From NCBI GenBank assembly GCA_965225085.1, contig CBDDBE010000001.1:65641-129640 (forward strand): DNA of 64,000 bases, read 5' to 3'. Numbering within the stretch: the stretch's first letter is position 1; each line of letters begins with the position of its first letter. Position numbers and translations under genes: made by a program. The notes under the pieces are model-generated. The model made no database searches. It saw only the letters and a program-made list of their open reading frames with translations, and was not told the origin of the DNA. Source of the stretch: an uncultured Candidatus Saccharibacteria bacterium (GTDB lineage Bacteria > Patescibacteriota > Saccharimonadia > Saccharimonadales > EFPC-124). Positions 34,972 through 44,365 of this stretch are shown here, piece by piece.

Positions 34972-36405
34972 TTAGTACGTGGGCTGATAACTTGTAATGC
35001 TCCACGTTTGCGTACCGGATGACAAGGTAACGCCGAACACGACCGAACCTGCGCCGGTCATATCCACCGTCTGCCCGGTGGCTGCGCCCAAGATGCCGCT
35101 GCCGGCTAGCGATATCTTGCTCCAATACGCATCAAATACCATACCCGGCACGTTTGTCGCACCACCGACAGATATCGTCTGCAAATTCTGGGAATTGTAG
35201 AGGTCGTTGCCGGTCATGGAGTTGTATTGCCCACCGCCAGTTACCGTCGGACAGCTTGGGCTGCAGCCAGCGGCACTCTTGAAGCTAATGAACTGAATAC
35301 CAACCCCGCTCGAGTTAGCAAGCATCGTTGCTGAGCCGCCGACGGTTATGGTACCATCGACAATCACATTAGGCCGATTTGTGCCGACGCTGTCTGCGGC
35401 GACAATCTTGGCCGCACCGTTGACGGTCAGATTACCCGTGATGTATACGTTGCCCGTTACGGTGACTTTGCAACTGTTCCCTACCGTAACATCGCCCGTC
35501 AGCTTTAGGTTCGCTGGCCAGGTGATCGTGCTGTGCCCAGAACAAGCGTACAGGCCGCTGCTGCCCGATGCGGTCGTCGTGACCGCATTGATCTGACTTT
35601 GGCGGTCGTAAGGCGCCGGCGAAGCGACAGGCGCCGTACAGCCTGTTTGCAGCCCCGATCCTCCATTGCCAGTCTGAATGTTATTGTTAGGGCCTGTACT
35701 GGTCTGTCCGGTAGCGCAAACCGTGCCGTAGATGTTAGTGCTATGTGCCATGGTGATAGGCTGATTGCCGTTTGTGCACACCTGGGCGTACGTGGCTCCA
35801 GGGTTCGAACCGGTTGGACAGGCCTGGTTAGCGGCATTAACCGTAACCGGATTGGCGAACGTGCCAATCTTGGCCGCTCCGGCCAGCGTAATAGTGCCGG
35901 CAACATAGACGTTCGAATTGGTGATGTTGGCACTACCACCCAGAATCAATCCGCCCGGACCGCTAAAAACCGAGTAGCCAGCGCTGGTTGTCCCCACCAC
36001 AATCGCCTTCACTTTGCGAGTCAAGTAGGGTGTCGAGGCGTGCGGTCGATACACCAGGCCGGTCGACACAATAGTCTTGGAATTACTACCGGCATTATTG
36101 GTGACCGAAGTCTGGAACGTGCCCTTGCCCTGGGATGAACTGTTAAAGAATGTTTGTGGCGAAGCATATCCCGTAAACGAGCTATCACTATTCAGCGAAT
36201 TGACCGACTGCTCAATTCCCGCCTCGGCCACTAGCTCGGCGTTTTGGGTATACTGCTCGCCGACTGTGTGCTGATACTGCAGGGCAACCAACCCAGCAAT
36301 GCCGAGCCCAATCGTCGTCAAAAATAATATCATCACCACGGCGGATACCAGGAACCATCCATCTTCGCGGGCGGGGTGACTTGTGTGTTTGTGTGCTTGG
36401 GGCAT
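34972..36405 (-). CDS. Large PilX-N-domain protein with a beta-helix-like body (putative pilus tip or minor pilin-associated adhesin)
   Basis: It has an N-terminal hydrophobic helix plus QNAELVAEAGIEQSV (PilX_N-like). About 380 aa follow, rich in G/T/N/V with repeated GxxxITxxNVYV/TGNLTVNG-type strands. Confidence 0.6.
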   Translation of the reverse strand: MPQAHKHTSHPAREDGWFLVSAVVMILFLTTIGLGIAGLVALQYQHTVGEQYTQNAELVAEAGIEQSVNSLNSDSSFTGYASPQTFFNSSSQGKGTFQTSVTNNAGSNSKTIVSTGLVYRPHASTPYLTRKVKAIVVGTTSAGYSVFSGPGGLILGGSANITNSNVYVAGTITLAGAAKIGTFANPVTVNAANQACPTGSNPGATYAQVCTNGNQPITMAHSTNIYGTVCATGQTSTGPNNNIQTGNGGSGLQTGCTAPVASPAPYDRQSQINAVTTTASGSSGLYACSGHSTITWPANLKLTGDVTVGNSCKVTVTGNVYITGNLTVNGAAKIVAADSVGTNRPNVIVDGTITVGGSATMLANSSGVGIQFISFKSAAGCSPSCPTVTGGGQYNSMTGNDLYNSQNLQTISVGGATNVPGMVFDAYWSKISLAGSGILGAATGQTVDMTGAGSVVFGVTLSSGTQTWSITSYQPTY

Positions 36406-36406
36406 A

Positions 36407-37081
36407 CTATTTGTTCCTGAATACCATTCTTGATGTGTAGCTAGCGTTGACTGTTTGGCTGTTGACCTTCGACGATAGCGTCATGGCCACCTGGACTGAG
36501 CGAGCGTTTGCGGGTGTCACGACATTTTGATCGGCGTCAAAGTATGTGACCAACCAGCTCGAGACGCCCTTTGCGACGACCGTATCGGCTGGGCAAGTGC
36601 TGGTGGCATTCGCGGCTGGGCAAGTCGTAACTGCGGCATCATTCGCGCTATCAGAGGCCAACGTGCGCCGGTACAAGGTCGTGCCAGAGATAAAGTAAAT
36701 GACGTTATCCTTCTGGGTAATGTAGTTCGCCTGGTCGCTGAAGATGACATTGTGTGCGCTATCCATTGCAACCTTGGCAAGGACCAACGTTTGGCCGTCG
36801 GATTGCCAACTATATTGACCGCCCGATGCGTACTGATCAGCCCATCTGTTGTTGGTGTCGGCGCTACCCGATACACGAATGTCGGCGTTAATCTTGTCGA
36901 CAGCGTCTTCAGCGCTGGTTAGCAAGCTAGAGCGTTCCTGCGCAGCAGAACTAGCCTGCAGCCAGGTCACGATAAAATTGGCGAGCACCAACGACAGAAT
37001 GCTCATGACGATCATGACGATCATCAGCTCTACTAACGTAAATCCCGCGCTCGTACGTCGATGTGGGCGAATGCGTATCAT
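36407..37081 (-). CDS. Minor pilin (prepilin-type N-terminal cleavage/methylation domain; PilW/GspJ-like)
   Basis: SAG/FTLVELMIVMIVMSILSL is a prepilin motif. Confidence 0.75.
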   Translation of the reverse strand: MIRIRPHRRTSAGFTLVELMIVMIVMSILSLVLANFIVTWLQASSAAQERSSLLTSAEDAVDKINADIRVSGSADTNNRWADQYASGGQYSWQSDGQTLVLAKVAMDSAHNVIFSDQANYITQKDNVIYFISGTTLYRRTLASDSANDAAVTTCPAANATSTCPADTVVAKGVSSWLVTYFDADQNVVTPANARSVQVAMTLSSKVNSQTVNASYTSRMVFRNK

Positions 37082-37494
37082 TGTCCGTGCCCCAAACCGA
37101 CAATACCGATATCTGAGCTGAGCGTAATAGTCTGCGTCTGGCCGTAGTCTGCATACGTCACGGTTACGTCCACCCGGCGCAGCCCTGGCGTTGGTTCGCT
37201 AATTGCCACAGTGCCCGCTTTACCAGAGGGCAACCCGGTCGGCAAACTGCTAGTAAACGTAATAGTCCCTCCGGGGGTCAACGAGCTGTAACCATTATTG
37301 CGCAGGTCCTCGACCTCGGTCCGAGCAGCGCGCACGGCCAGGTCAAAATGTTGGCTCTTCACCTCATTGGCCTGCACCGTATAATAAAGGCCACCCAGGC
37401 TCACCATAACTATCCCAAGCACGATTATCGTAACCAGAAGCTCTACCAGCGTAAAGCCGTCGTCCCGCTGTATCATCCATTTACTATATGGCAT
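37078..37494 (-). CDS. Minor pilin (PilV-like)
   Basis: DDG/FTLVELLVTIIVLGIVMV is a prepilin motif. There is a 4-nt overlap with the next gene. Confidence 0.75.
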   Translation of the reverse strand: MPYSKWMIQRDDGFTLVELLVTIIVLGIVMVSLGGLYYTVQANEVKSQHFDLAVRAARTEVEDLRNNGYSSLTPGGTITFTSSLPTGLPSGKAGTVAISEPTPGLRRVDVTVTYADYGQTQTITLSSDIGIVGLGHGQ

Positions 37495-37508
37495 TCTGCT
37501 GCAATTAT

Positions 37509-37540
37509 AAAACCGCTTGAGCTTTTACCCAAGCGGTTTT
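37509..37540 (-). terminator. Hairpin terminator/attenuator between pilA and the minor pilin genes
   Basis: AAAACCGCTTG-N10-CAAGCGGTTTT forms an 11-bp stem flanked by A/T runs on both strands. Confidence 0.65.
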
Positions 37541-37565
37541 ATGTCGGAAACTGTTTCTTTGTAAA

Positions 37566-38030
37566 CTAGTTTGTAACCGAGATGTTGTTGGCGCTATTTG
37601 AGTCACCCCAGATAGTTGCTGCTGCTGTAGCCGTAAAGCCCGTGCAGGCAGATGTTCCAGCCGTAACCGCGCCACCGCTTGCGACCGTATCGCCACAGCC
37701 TGATGCTGTTACTGAGTACGTGAAGCCGTTTGCTCCGGTAAAGCTTGTGCTGAGTGACTGGTTATTACCGCCTTCGCTGCTATTGAGCCAGTTGTTGACA
37801 TCGCCAATAGCTGCTGGGTAGCTGCTGTGGTCGGCGTAATACTCACCAAGCTTGTTCTTGACCTCGGCCAATGTTGACTGAGCGCTAGCCTTGTGGGCTT
37901 TGTTTTGCGCGCCGTTGTAGGCAACAAAGGCAATCGCCGCCAAGATGCCGATGATAATGATTACGATCAGTAGCTCAATAAGCGTAAAGCCGTTCGAATT
38001 AGCTTTTGTCTCTTTACGCATGTTCCTCAC
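37566..38030 (-). CDS. pilA: Major type IV pilin
   Basis: MRNMRKETKANSNG/FTLIELLIVIIIIGILAAIAFVAYNG is a canonical class III signal with Glu5. It is followed by its own terminator. Confidence 0.82.
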   Translation of the reverse strand: MRNMRKETKANSNGFTLIELLIVIIIIGILAAIAFVAYNGAQNKAHKASAQSTLAEVKNKLGEYYADHSSYPAAIGDVNNWLNSSEGGNNQSLSTSFTGANGFTYSVTASGCGDTVASGGAVTAGTSACTGFTATAAATIWGDSNSANNISVTN

Positions 38031-38150
38031 CCTTTCTAACTGTGGTTCTAATTATGCTTCATATTATTTCTTATGCTTAACGCAATGTCAACAAGAATTG
38101 CTGGACGACAGGCAATTGACTTCCCGTCTCACCCCGCCATAATTGGCTGC

Positions 38151-38843
38151 ATGAAAACCGGTATATTACTGCACGTGTACAGCGTCGACGACAAGCATTG
38201 GAAACAAATCGCATGGGGTAACCCTGCCCTGGACGCGCTGGGGTGCCTGCCAAAGCTTTGCCAGCTGCTCCTATCCCAGGCCCTCGACCCTCAGATCGTC
38301 ATCTACAGCGGCCCATCAACCAAAGATGGCTTGAGCGAGGGCGCCTACACCAAAAAATTCCTGCTGGACAACTTTGATAATCTGGCAGACTTCCCGACGC
38401 TGCGCAGCCTCATGCAAAACCCGGAGAAGGTAGCACACCTGCGTTCGCAGCTGCAGGGCATTATCCTTGGCGAGAACCTCATTCGCACCGCCGACGAAGT
38501 AGCTGCTGCGGCCAAGCTATTCGCATCGCCAGATATCAATTCCGTGGTGCAGATTGCGTGCGCCAGCCACGCCCCGCGCTGCATCAAGGAACAAGTCATC
38601 GCGCGAAGTCACAGCCAAATAGCTCCAAGGCAAATCTGGTCGGTCATCGCCGGCGACACCCTTCCGACCGGGGTTGCAGCTGAAGACACAGTCATATTCG
38701 AGAAACCTCGATTGAGCTACGACCCAATGATCGACGTTCGGCCAAGCGCACCAGAGGTGCTACGGCAATATTTTGCATTATCGCCAGAGGTAAAACGGGC
38801 GTTCCTCGTGGAAGCTGACGCATTTATGAAGCAACATCGCTAG
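38151..38843 (+). CDS. Hypothetical protein (weak DUF218/YdcF-like resemblance), opposite strand inside the pilus locus
   Basis: Starts at ATG 38151 (MKTGILLHVYS...). IVIYSGPSTKDG and IACASHAPRC are reminiscent of YdcF-type motifs. The functional call is weak. Confidence 0.45.
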   Translation: MKTGILLHVYSVDDKHWKQIAWGNPALDALGCLPKLCQLLLSQALDPQIVIYSGPSTKDGLSEGAYTKKFLLDNFDNLADFPTLRSLMQNPEKVAHLRSQLQGIILGENLIRTADEVAAAAKLFASPDINSVVQIACASHAPRCIKEQVIARSHSQIAPRQIWSVIAGDTLPTGVAAEDTVIFEKPRLSYDPMIDVRPSAPEVLRQYFALSPEVKRAFLVEADAFMKQHR

Positions 38844-40066
38844 CTCTGAACGCTGGTAGAAATCTGCGTGATCGGCCCAAAGACGCTCAGGGCGATAATG
38901 CCGATCATGCCGCCGAGCAGCAAGATAGTAATCGGTTCGATAATAGACGACATCGCGCCAACGGCTGTGTCGACTTCCTCTTCGTAAAATTCAGCGACCT
39001 TCAAAATCACCTCGTCTGTCTTGCCCGTCTCTTCGCCCACGGCCAGCATTTGCGCCACAATCGGCGGGAAATGCTTGCTCTTTTGCAGCTCGGCAGATAG
39101 CTGGCTGCCGGCCTGGATAGCCTTGGAGCATGCCAGAAGCTCCTTCTCGATCACCGCGTTGCCAATGGCTGCGGCAGTCGTATCGATAGCTTCGACGATC
39201 GACACGCCCGCGCCCATCAGCGATGCAAACACACGCGAGAACCGGGCAATTGCGGTCTTGGCCACTATCACCTTCACGACCGGGATCTTCAGGATAAAGC
39301 TATGCCAGCGGTAACGCCCGTTCTTAGTCTTGATATAGCGACGAAATCCTACAAATAACAAAGGTAGACCAACTAATGTACCGACAATTGTGATCGGCTG
39401 CTTCATGATGTCGCTTATGGTTAAAAGTGCCTGGGTATAGATGGGCAACGAAGCGCTACCACCGCTCAGCGATGTCAGGATAGAGCCAATCTTGGGCACG
39501 ATAAACGTCATCAGCACAAAGAACGCGCCTAGCGTCACCGTCAAAATAACCGCCGGATACGTCATGGCGCCACGCACTTTGCCGCGCAGGGCGTTGTCCT
39601 TTTCCTGCTGATACGCTAGCCGCCCCAGTACCGTGTCCAAGATACCGCCCGACTCGCCAGCACGCACCATATTGACGTAAATGGGCGAGAAAACATGTGG
39701 GTGCTTACTCATAGCCGTACTCAGGTCGACGCCGCCCTGAACATCTGCCGTTACGGCCTCAAGGGTTTTGCGCAGTGTCGCCGAGTCACTTTGGTCGCGA
39801 AGGATGGTGAGTGAGCGCAGGATCGGCACGCCGGCGTTGACCATGGTGGCAAATTCACGCGTAAAGATCACTAGGTCTCTGGACTTGACTTTTCCAGGCC
39901 CAAACGAGATGTTAAAACCGCCGCTTCGGCGAGTCTCCTTCACCGTCACCGACTGAAATTGCCTGGCCCTGAGAAGCGTAATGGCCGCAGTTCGATCGCG
40001 CGCGTTCAGCGTGCCTTTTTGGGTTTGCCCGTTCGATAGTCGTCCGACAAAGGTAAACTCTGCCAT
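38840..40066 (-). CDS. pilC: Type IV pilus inner-membrane platform protein PilC (GspF family)
   Basis: 408 aa with the duplicated T2SS-F domain layout and three TM regions. Its position next to pilB supports the call. Confidence 0.9.
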   Translation of the reverse strand: MAEFTFVGRLSNGQTQKGTLNARDRTAAITLLRARQFQSVTVKETRRSGGFNISFGPGKVKSRDLVIFTREFATMVNAGVPILRSLTILRDQSDSATLRKTLEAVTADVQGGVDLSTAMSKHPHVFSPIYVNMVRAGESGGILDTVLGRLAYQQEKDNALRGKVRGAMTYPAVILTVTLGAFFVLMTFIVPKIGSILTSLSGGSASLPIYTQALLTISDIMKQPITIVGTLVGLPLLFVGFRRYIKTKNGRYRWHSFILKIPVVKVIVAKTAIARFSRVFASLMGAGVSIVEAIDTTAAAIGNAVIEKELLACSKAIQAGSQLSAELQKSKHFPPIVAQMLAVGEETGKTDEVILKVAEFYEEEVDTAVGAMSSIIEPITILLLGGMIGIIALSVFGPITQISTSVQS

Positions 40067-41859
40067 TATTTATCCGTCGTGGTTACGCGAACAATTTCTT
40101 CGATGGTCGTCTGGCCACGCAACGCCTTTATAAATCCGTCGGTCTTCATGGTGAGCATGCCGTCGTGGATAGACTGCGTCTCGAGGTCCTCACTGGTGGC
40201 ATTATTCACGATCAGCTTCTGAACGGCGTTGTTGTTCTCTAGGACTTCATAGATGCCCATCCGACCGTTGTATCCAGTATGGTTGCAGTTGTTGCAACCC
40301 TTATCGTGCGCTTTCCATAGTCGCCGAATTGACTTGTCAGTCGTACCTAGGTCCGGCGTTTCGACGCCAACACCGGCCGCCTCGGCTTCTTTCTCGAGCT
40401 TGTGCACGCGGTCGAAATCTTCCTCGTGCACCAGATTAAACGTAGCCTTTATGCGGTCCAAAACACCGTCATCTGGTGTGTATTCCTCGCGACACTTCGG
40501 ACATAGGCGTCGCACCAGACGCTGCCCTATCACCACCCGCACTGTGCTGGCGATCAAAAACGGTTCAACGCCCATATCCAGCAAACGCGGCAAGCACGTC
40601 GCGGCGTTGTTGGTGTGCAGCGTACTAAACACCAAGTGCCCGGTCAGGGCGGCCTGCACAGCCAAGTCAGCTGTCTCGCGGTCGCGGATCTCCCCAACCA
40701 TGATAATATTTGGGTCTTGTCGTAGCAGTGAGCGCAGACCGCTCGCAAATGTCATACCAGCCACAGGGTTTACCTGCGTTTGATTAACCCCGACAATACG
40801 ATACTCAACCGGGTCCTCAACCGTACTAATGTTGACCGATGGGTTGTTTAGGCTGCTCAGAATACTAAACAAACTGGTCGATTTGCCCGACCCAGTCGGA
40901 CCAGTGACCAGTATCATGCCATGTGGCTGCACAATTGCCTCGCGCACACGCTTGAGCGATTCACCCCAGTAGCCAAGCTCTTCGAGCGTAGCCGCCTTGC
41001 TGGATTCGTCCAAAATACGCATCACGACCTTTTCGCCATCAACAACCGGCAGAGTCGAAACTCGCAACGCGTAGACGTGATTGTTGATCGATATCTTAAA
41101 CCGCCCGTCCTGCGGCGCACGATGCTCGTCGATCTTTAGGTTGGCCAATATCTTGATACGCGACACCAGCGCGCCCAGCACTCGCCGCGGCAGATGATTT
41201 GCCTCCTGCAACACACCGTCGACACGGTAGCGCACTATCACGCTGTCTTCACGAGGTTCGATGTGGATGTCACTAGCGCGCGACTTGATGCCGTAGTCGA
41301 TGATCAGGTTGATCGTCTGGGCAATGGGTGAATCCTCGGCCACATCCTCTTCGTCAACCTCTTCGTCGGCAACTTCTTTATCCTCTATCGCAATCACCTT
41401 CGCCAGCTGCGTACTGACCGAGCTGCCACCCGTGTATTGGTCGATTGCCGTCTGTATGGCGCTGAGCGGCGCGATATGTATCCGCATTGGCTTGCCCAGC
41501 TCTTTCTGCAAGAAATTGATGGCCTGGATATCGTCCGGATCCTCGAGGGCTACATACACTACGCCGTCTTGGTCAAGGTCGAATGCCACCGCATGATATT
41601 GGCGTGCAGTGTGTTCAGGTATCAGCTTGAGGACGCTTGGACGCACACTGCCGGGGGTAAACTCGGCAACCGGCACATCAATTTCATGGGCGTACAGCCC
41701 GGTGAGCTCGGCCTCTGACAGCAAATTATTGGCCAGCACCAGATCCTGAAGGGTCTTTTTGCCGTTATTGGTTTGGTCATGCAGGCGCTTTAGTTGCTCG
41801 GCAGTGAACTTGCCGGTCTGCATAAGCATTTTTTCGAGTGACGAATCAGATATACGCAT
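40066..41859 (-). CDS. pilB: Type IV pilus extension ATPase PilB (GspE family)
   Basis: It has an N-terminal T2SSE_N-like domain and Walker A GPTGSGKST. A tetracysteine motif (CPKC...CNNC) and the RDRETA/His-box region are also present. Confidence 0.9.
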   Translation of the reverse strand: MRISDSSLEKMLMQTGKFTAEQLKRLHDQTNNGKKTLQDLVLANNLLSEAELTGLYAHEIDVPVAEFTPGSVRPSVLKLIPEHTARQYHAVAFDLDQDGVVYVALEDPDDIQAINFLQKELGKPMRIHIAPLSAIQTAIDQYTGGSSVSTQLAKVIAIEDKEVADEEVDEEDVAEDSPIAQTINLIIDYGIKSRASDIHIEPREDSVIVRYRVDGVLQEANHLPRRVLGALVSRIKILANLKIDEHRAPQDGRFKISINNHVYALRVSTLPVVDGEKVVMRILDESSKAATLEELGYWGESLKRVREAIVQPHGMILVTGPTGSGKSTSLFSILSSLNNPSVNISTVEDPVEYRIVGVNQTQVNPVAGMTFASGLRSLLRQDPNIIMVGEIRDRETADLAVQAALTGHLVFSTLHTNNAATCLPRLLDMGVEPFLIASTVRVVIGQRLVRRLCPKCREEYTPDDGVLDRIKATFNLVHEEDFDRVHKLEKEAEAAGVGVETPDLGTTDKSIRRLWKAHDKGCNNCNHTGYNGRMGIYEVLENNNAVQKLIVNNATSEDLETQSIHDGMLTMKTDGFIKALRGQTTIEEIVRVTTTDK

Positions 41860-41972
41860 AGATAACCTCAGTATATACGAAAAGCATGAGCTTTAAAATT
41901 TACAGTGGCATAACATATACGGTACTATGTGAATTAATAGTAGCGTCAAATACTTTTAAGAGGGTAGCTCGC

Positions 41973-42566
41973 ATGGATCAAAAGAAGTCAAAACGTAAGA
42001 TACCGGTGACCTCAGAAAAACACGCGACCATCAACGCCAAATCAGGGCCCATTGTCATCCAGTCCCGTGCGATCATCAAAAATGAAAGTACAACGCCAAT
42101 CGAGAACCAGCCACCTCAAACCATAGTCAGCCGCGTGGTCAGCAGAACCATCGAGCCGATTTCCGAAACAGCTACACCCGCAAAAGCCAAACCCGTCAGC
42201 CCACAAAAACCCGCTGTCGCCTCCCCAAAAGCGCCAGAGCCCATCTCTACCCCTGAGCCCCCTGCCGCGCCTGATGATGAAACGATCGGCCAAAACACCA
42301 TCCAAGACGACAGCGAACAGCTTAAAAACACCGCAGCAGCCATCAAACGCGAACGCAAAATGCAGGAATACATCAAAAATCGCGAATATTTTGTGCCTGT
42401 CAGCCCCACGGCCAGACAGCATTCTATCAAGATGAGCTTTGGACTTGTTCTGTTACTTGCCATCTTGAGTGTTGGACTTATCGACCTCCTGCTAGACACC
42501 GGTGCGATTTTGCTTGTACAGCGCATACCTCATACTCATTTCTTCAGCCTGTACAACGGTCAGTAA
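41973..42566 (+). CDS. Hypothetical Pro-rich protein with a C-terminal TM anchor
   Basis: Starts at ATG 41973 (MDQKKSKRKIPV). It has a P/A/T-rich middle and the C-terminal TM segment FGLVLLLAILSVGLIDLLL. Confidence 0.5.
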   Translation: MDQKKSKRKIPVTSEKHATINAKSGPIVIQSRAIIKNESTTPIENQPPQTIVSRVVSRTIEPISETATPAKAKPVSPQKPAVASPKAPEPISTPEPPAAPDDETIGQNTIQDDSEQLKNTAAAIKRERKMQEYIKNREYFVPVSPTARQHSIKMSFGLVLLLAILSVGLIDLLLDTGAILLVQRIPHTHFFSLYNGQ

Positions 42567-42592
42567 CAGATACGTACTACACCTTAAGCGTA

Positions 42593-42621
42593 TTGACATT
42601 TATACGTTTTGGTGATATATT
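42593..42621 (+). promoter_or_regulatory. Near-consensus sigma70-type promoter
   Basis: TTGACA-N17-TATATT with a TG at the extended -10 position (gtGaTATATT). The next convincing CDS starts about 390 nt downstream. Confidence 0.5.
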
Positions 42622-43011
42622 GGTATTTAGTCATTGTGTGCAACTGAGGTAGGACTACTGTTAGGCTACAGAGCATTTTGACGGGTGTTTTACTAGGCTT
42701 CGGCCATATAGATCTTTATGCCCCGAAAAATGGTTCACACGCAATAAGGTACGTTAACAAGTCAGATCATTACAGTTCATTTTACTGCACCTGGAACACG
42801 AGCGCGTGGCAACGCGTTCACAAGGCACCACAGCAATCTGCGGGCGCCTTGCCGCGCTTGTTTTCATAAATAGTGCAGCCTTTGGCGCATGGAACCATGC
42901 CCAAAGAGATAGAGCACCACGTCCTCCGCTACTGGGCCCCAGTAGTGTCCGCCTGAACCGCGCCCGCGGTCAGCGGGCAATACTACGAACCAGTAGAAAT
43001 GGAGAAATACC

Positions 43012-44166
43012 ATGTCGAAGCCATATGGCGGGCGCCGCTTGGCGGTGCTAGTGCCGTTCATGGTGGTGTTCGCGTTCTTCGCCTTTTGGCTGAGCGCGAC
43101 GGCTCACGCGCCCACTTCCCAAAGTGGTAACGCGACCATGAGCTTCATCGACACCGACGGACAAACCAAGGCGCTGCCGCTGATCACGGGCGGCGACCCT
43201 GCGAATCCCATCAGCGGGACGCAGGCCAACGCCGACCCGGCCACCATCTCGGTCACCATCGGGACCGTCAACGACAAGTCGCGCACGAACACCTGGTCCG
43301 ACCTCGCTGCCGCTTACGGCGACGAGGGATGGTACCAGGAGTGCGCCACCCGCAACCTCGGCCCCAACTGGAGCTGGGGAACGGATGTGCCGAAGTACGC
43401 AGCCATCGAAGATGCCGCGCCGTTCGGCAGCCTCGACGCCAGGTTCATCCTGGCGCTGAACGTTAGCTCCGGGCTCACCGACGACCAGATCCGCCAGAGG
43501 GCGGCGGCCGACGGCAACCCGGATGTGAGCAAGCTGCCCATCGTGAGGACCGGCTGGATCATCAACACTCGTAGCCTCGGCGACAAGCGTTGCGATCCAT
43601 TCGTGTACGACAGGCCGCAAATTCGCGTCAGCCTGGGCAAGCTTGTCCAGGGACCGGACGGCACCTACCGACCGGACACCAGCGAAGGCATCTTCGTCGA
43701 CTGCCACAACATGTGGCGGATCCCGAAGACCGTACCCGTTCCGACGACACCTACCCCTCCGACCACCACAACCAGCCCCAAGCCGACGCCATCCTCGACT
43801 ACTCCGACCCACACGCCATCCACGCCACCCACGACCAGTCACCCGCCGACATGTGTGCCGCCGGAGACAAAATCGTCAAACGGCGTCTGCGTGAGCCCGA
43901 AGAACCCGACCGCCGGGCCGGGATCGCAGAGCAACGTTCCGACGTGGCAGCAGGGATCAGCCCCGCCGCCCAGCTCTGCACCCGAGCCCAGGCCGAGTTC
44001 CCCACCCTCCAGCTACTCCGCACCGGCACCCCCGACGCCCTCGCAGCCGCAGGGCACTCAGCCCCCGCCGACCACCAGGACGTCGGTCCCGCCGCAGGAG
44101 ACGTCGGCTCCACCCACCAGTGCACCGGCCACCGGCTGTGTGCCGCCGCCAGGCATGACGTGCTGA
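43012..44166 (+). CDS. Secreted hypothetical protein with a Pro/Thr/Ser-rich C-terminal half, in a high-GC island
   Basis: It has a signal-like N-terminus (LAVLVPFMVVFAFFAFWLSATAHA), a ~230-aa Cys-containing domain and a ~140-aa PT-rich tail. Six overlapping ORFs in other frames indicate strongly elevated GC. Confidence 0.6.
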   Translation: MSKPYGGRRLAVLVPFMVVFAFFAFWLSATAHAPTSQSGNATMSFIDTDGQTKALPLITGGDPANPISGTQANADPATISVTIGTVNDKSRTNTWSDLAAAYGDEGWYQECATRNLGPNWSWGTDVPKYAAIEDAAPFGSLDARFILALNVSSGLTDDQIRQRAAADGNPDVSKLPIVRTGWIINTRSLGDKRCDPFVYDRPQIRVSLGKLVQGPDGTYRPDTSEGIFVDCHNMWRIPKTVPVPTTPTPPTTTTSPKPTPSSTTPTHTPSTPPTTSHPPTCVPPETKSSNGVCVSPKNPTAGPGSQSNVPTWQQGSAPPPSSAPEPRPSSPPSSYSAPAPPTPSQPQGTQPPPTTRTSVPPQETSAPPTSAPATGCVPPPGMTC

Positions 44167-44365
44167 TTGCTCTATCGCCACCCCAGGGAGCGTTCCTGCC
44201 GGGCCTACCAGCCTCGCAGCGAACGCTCCCTCGGGAGCAATAGTGACTTGTAATGATCTGACTTACCGCGCTACCCCGCAGAACCGCTCATTAACAATTT
44301 GGTAACCACACGTCGCACAACCTAATTTTTTGATACTTATAACCACCACAAACGAAGGAGAGACT

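Noticed and set aside
43048-44243. Multiple long ORFs (264, 217, 116, 108 aa and others) overlapping 43012-44166 in other frames
   Set aside because: They are a consequence of very high local GC. Their Arg/Gly/Pro-rich junk composition contrasts with the signal peptide plus domain structure of the chosen frame.
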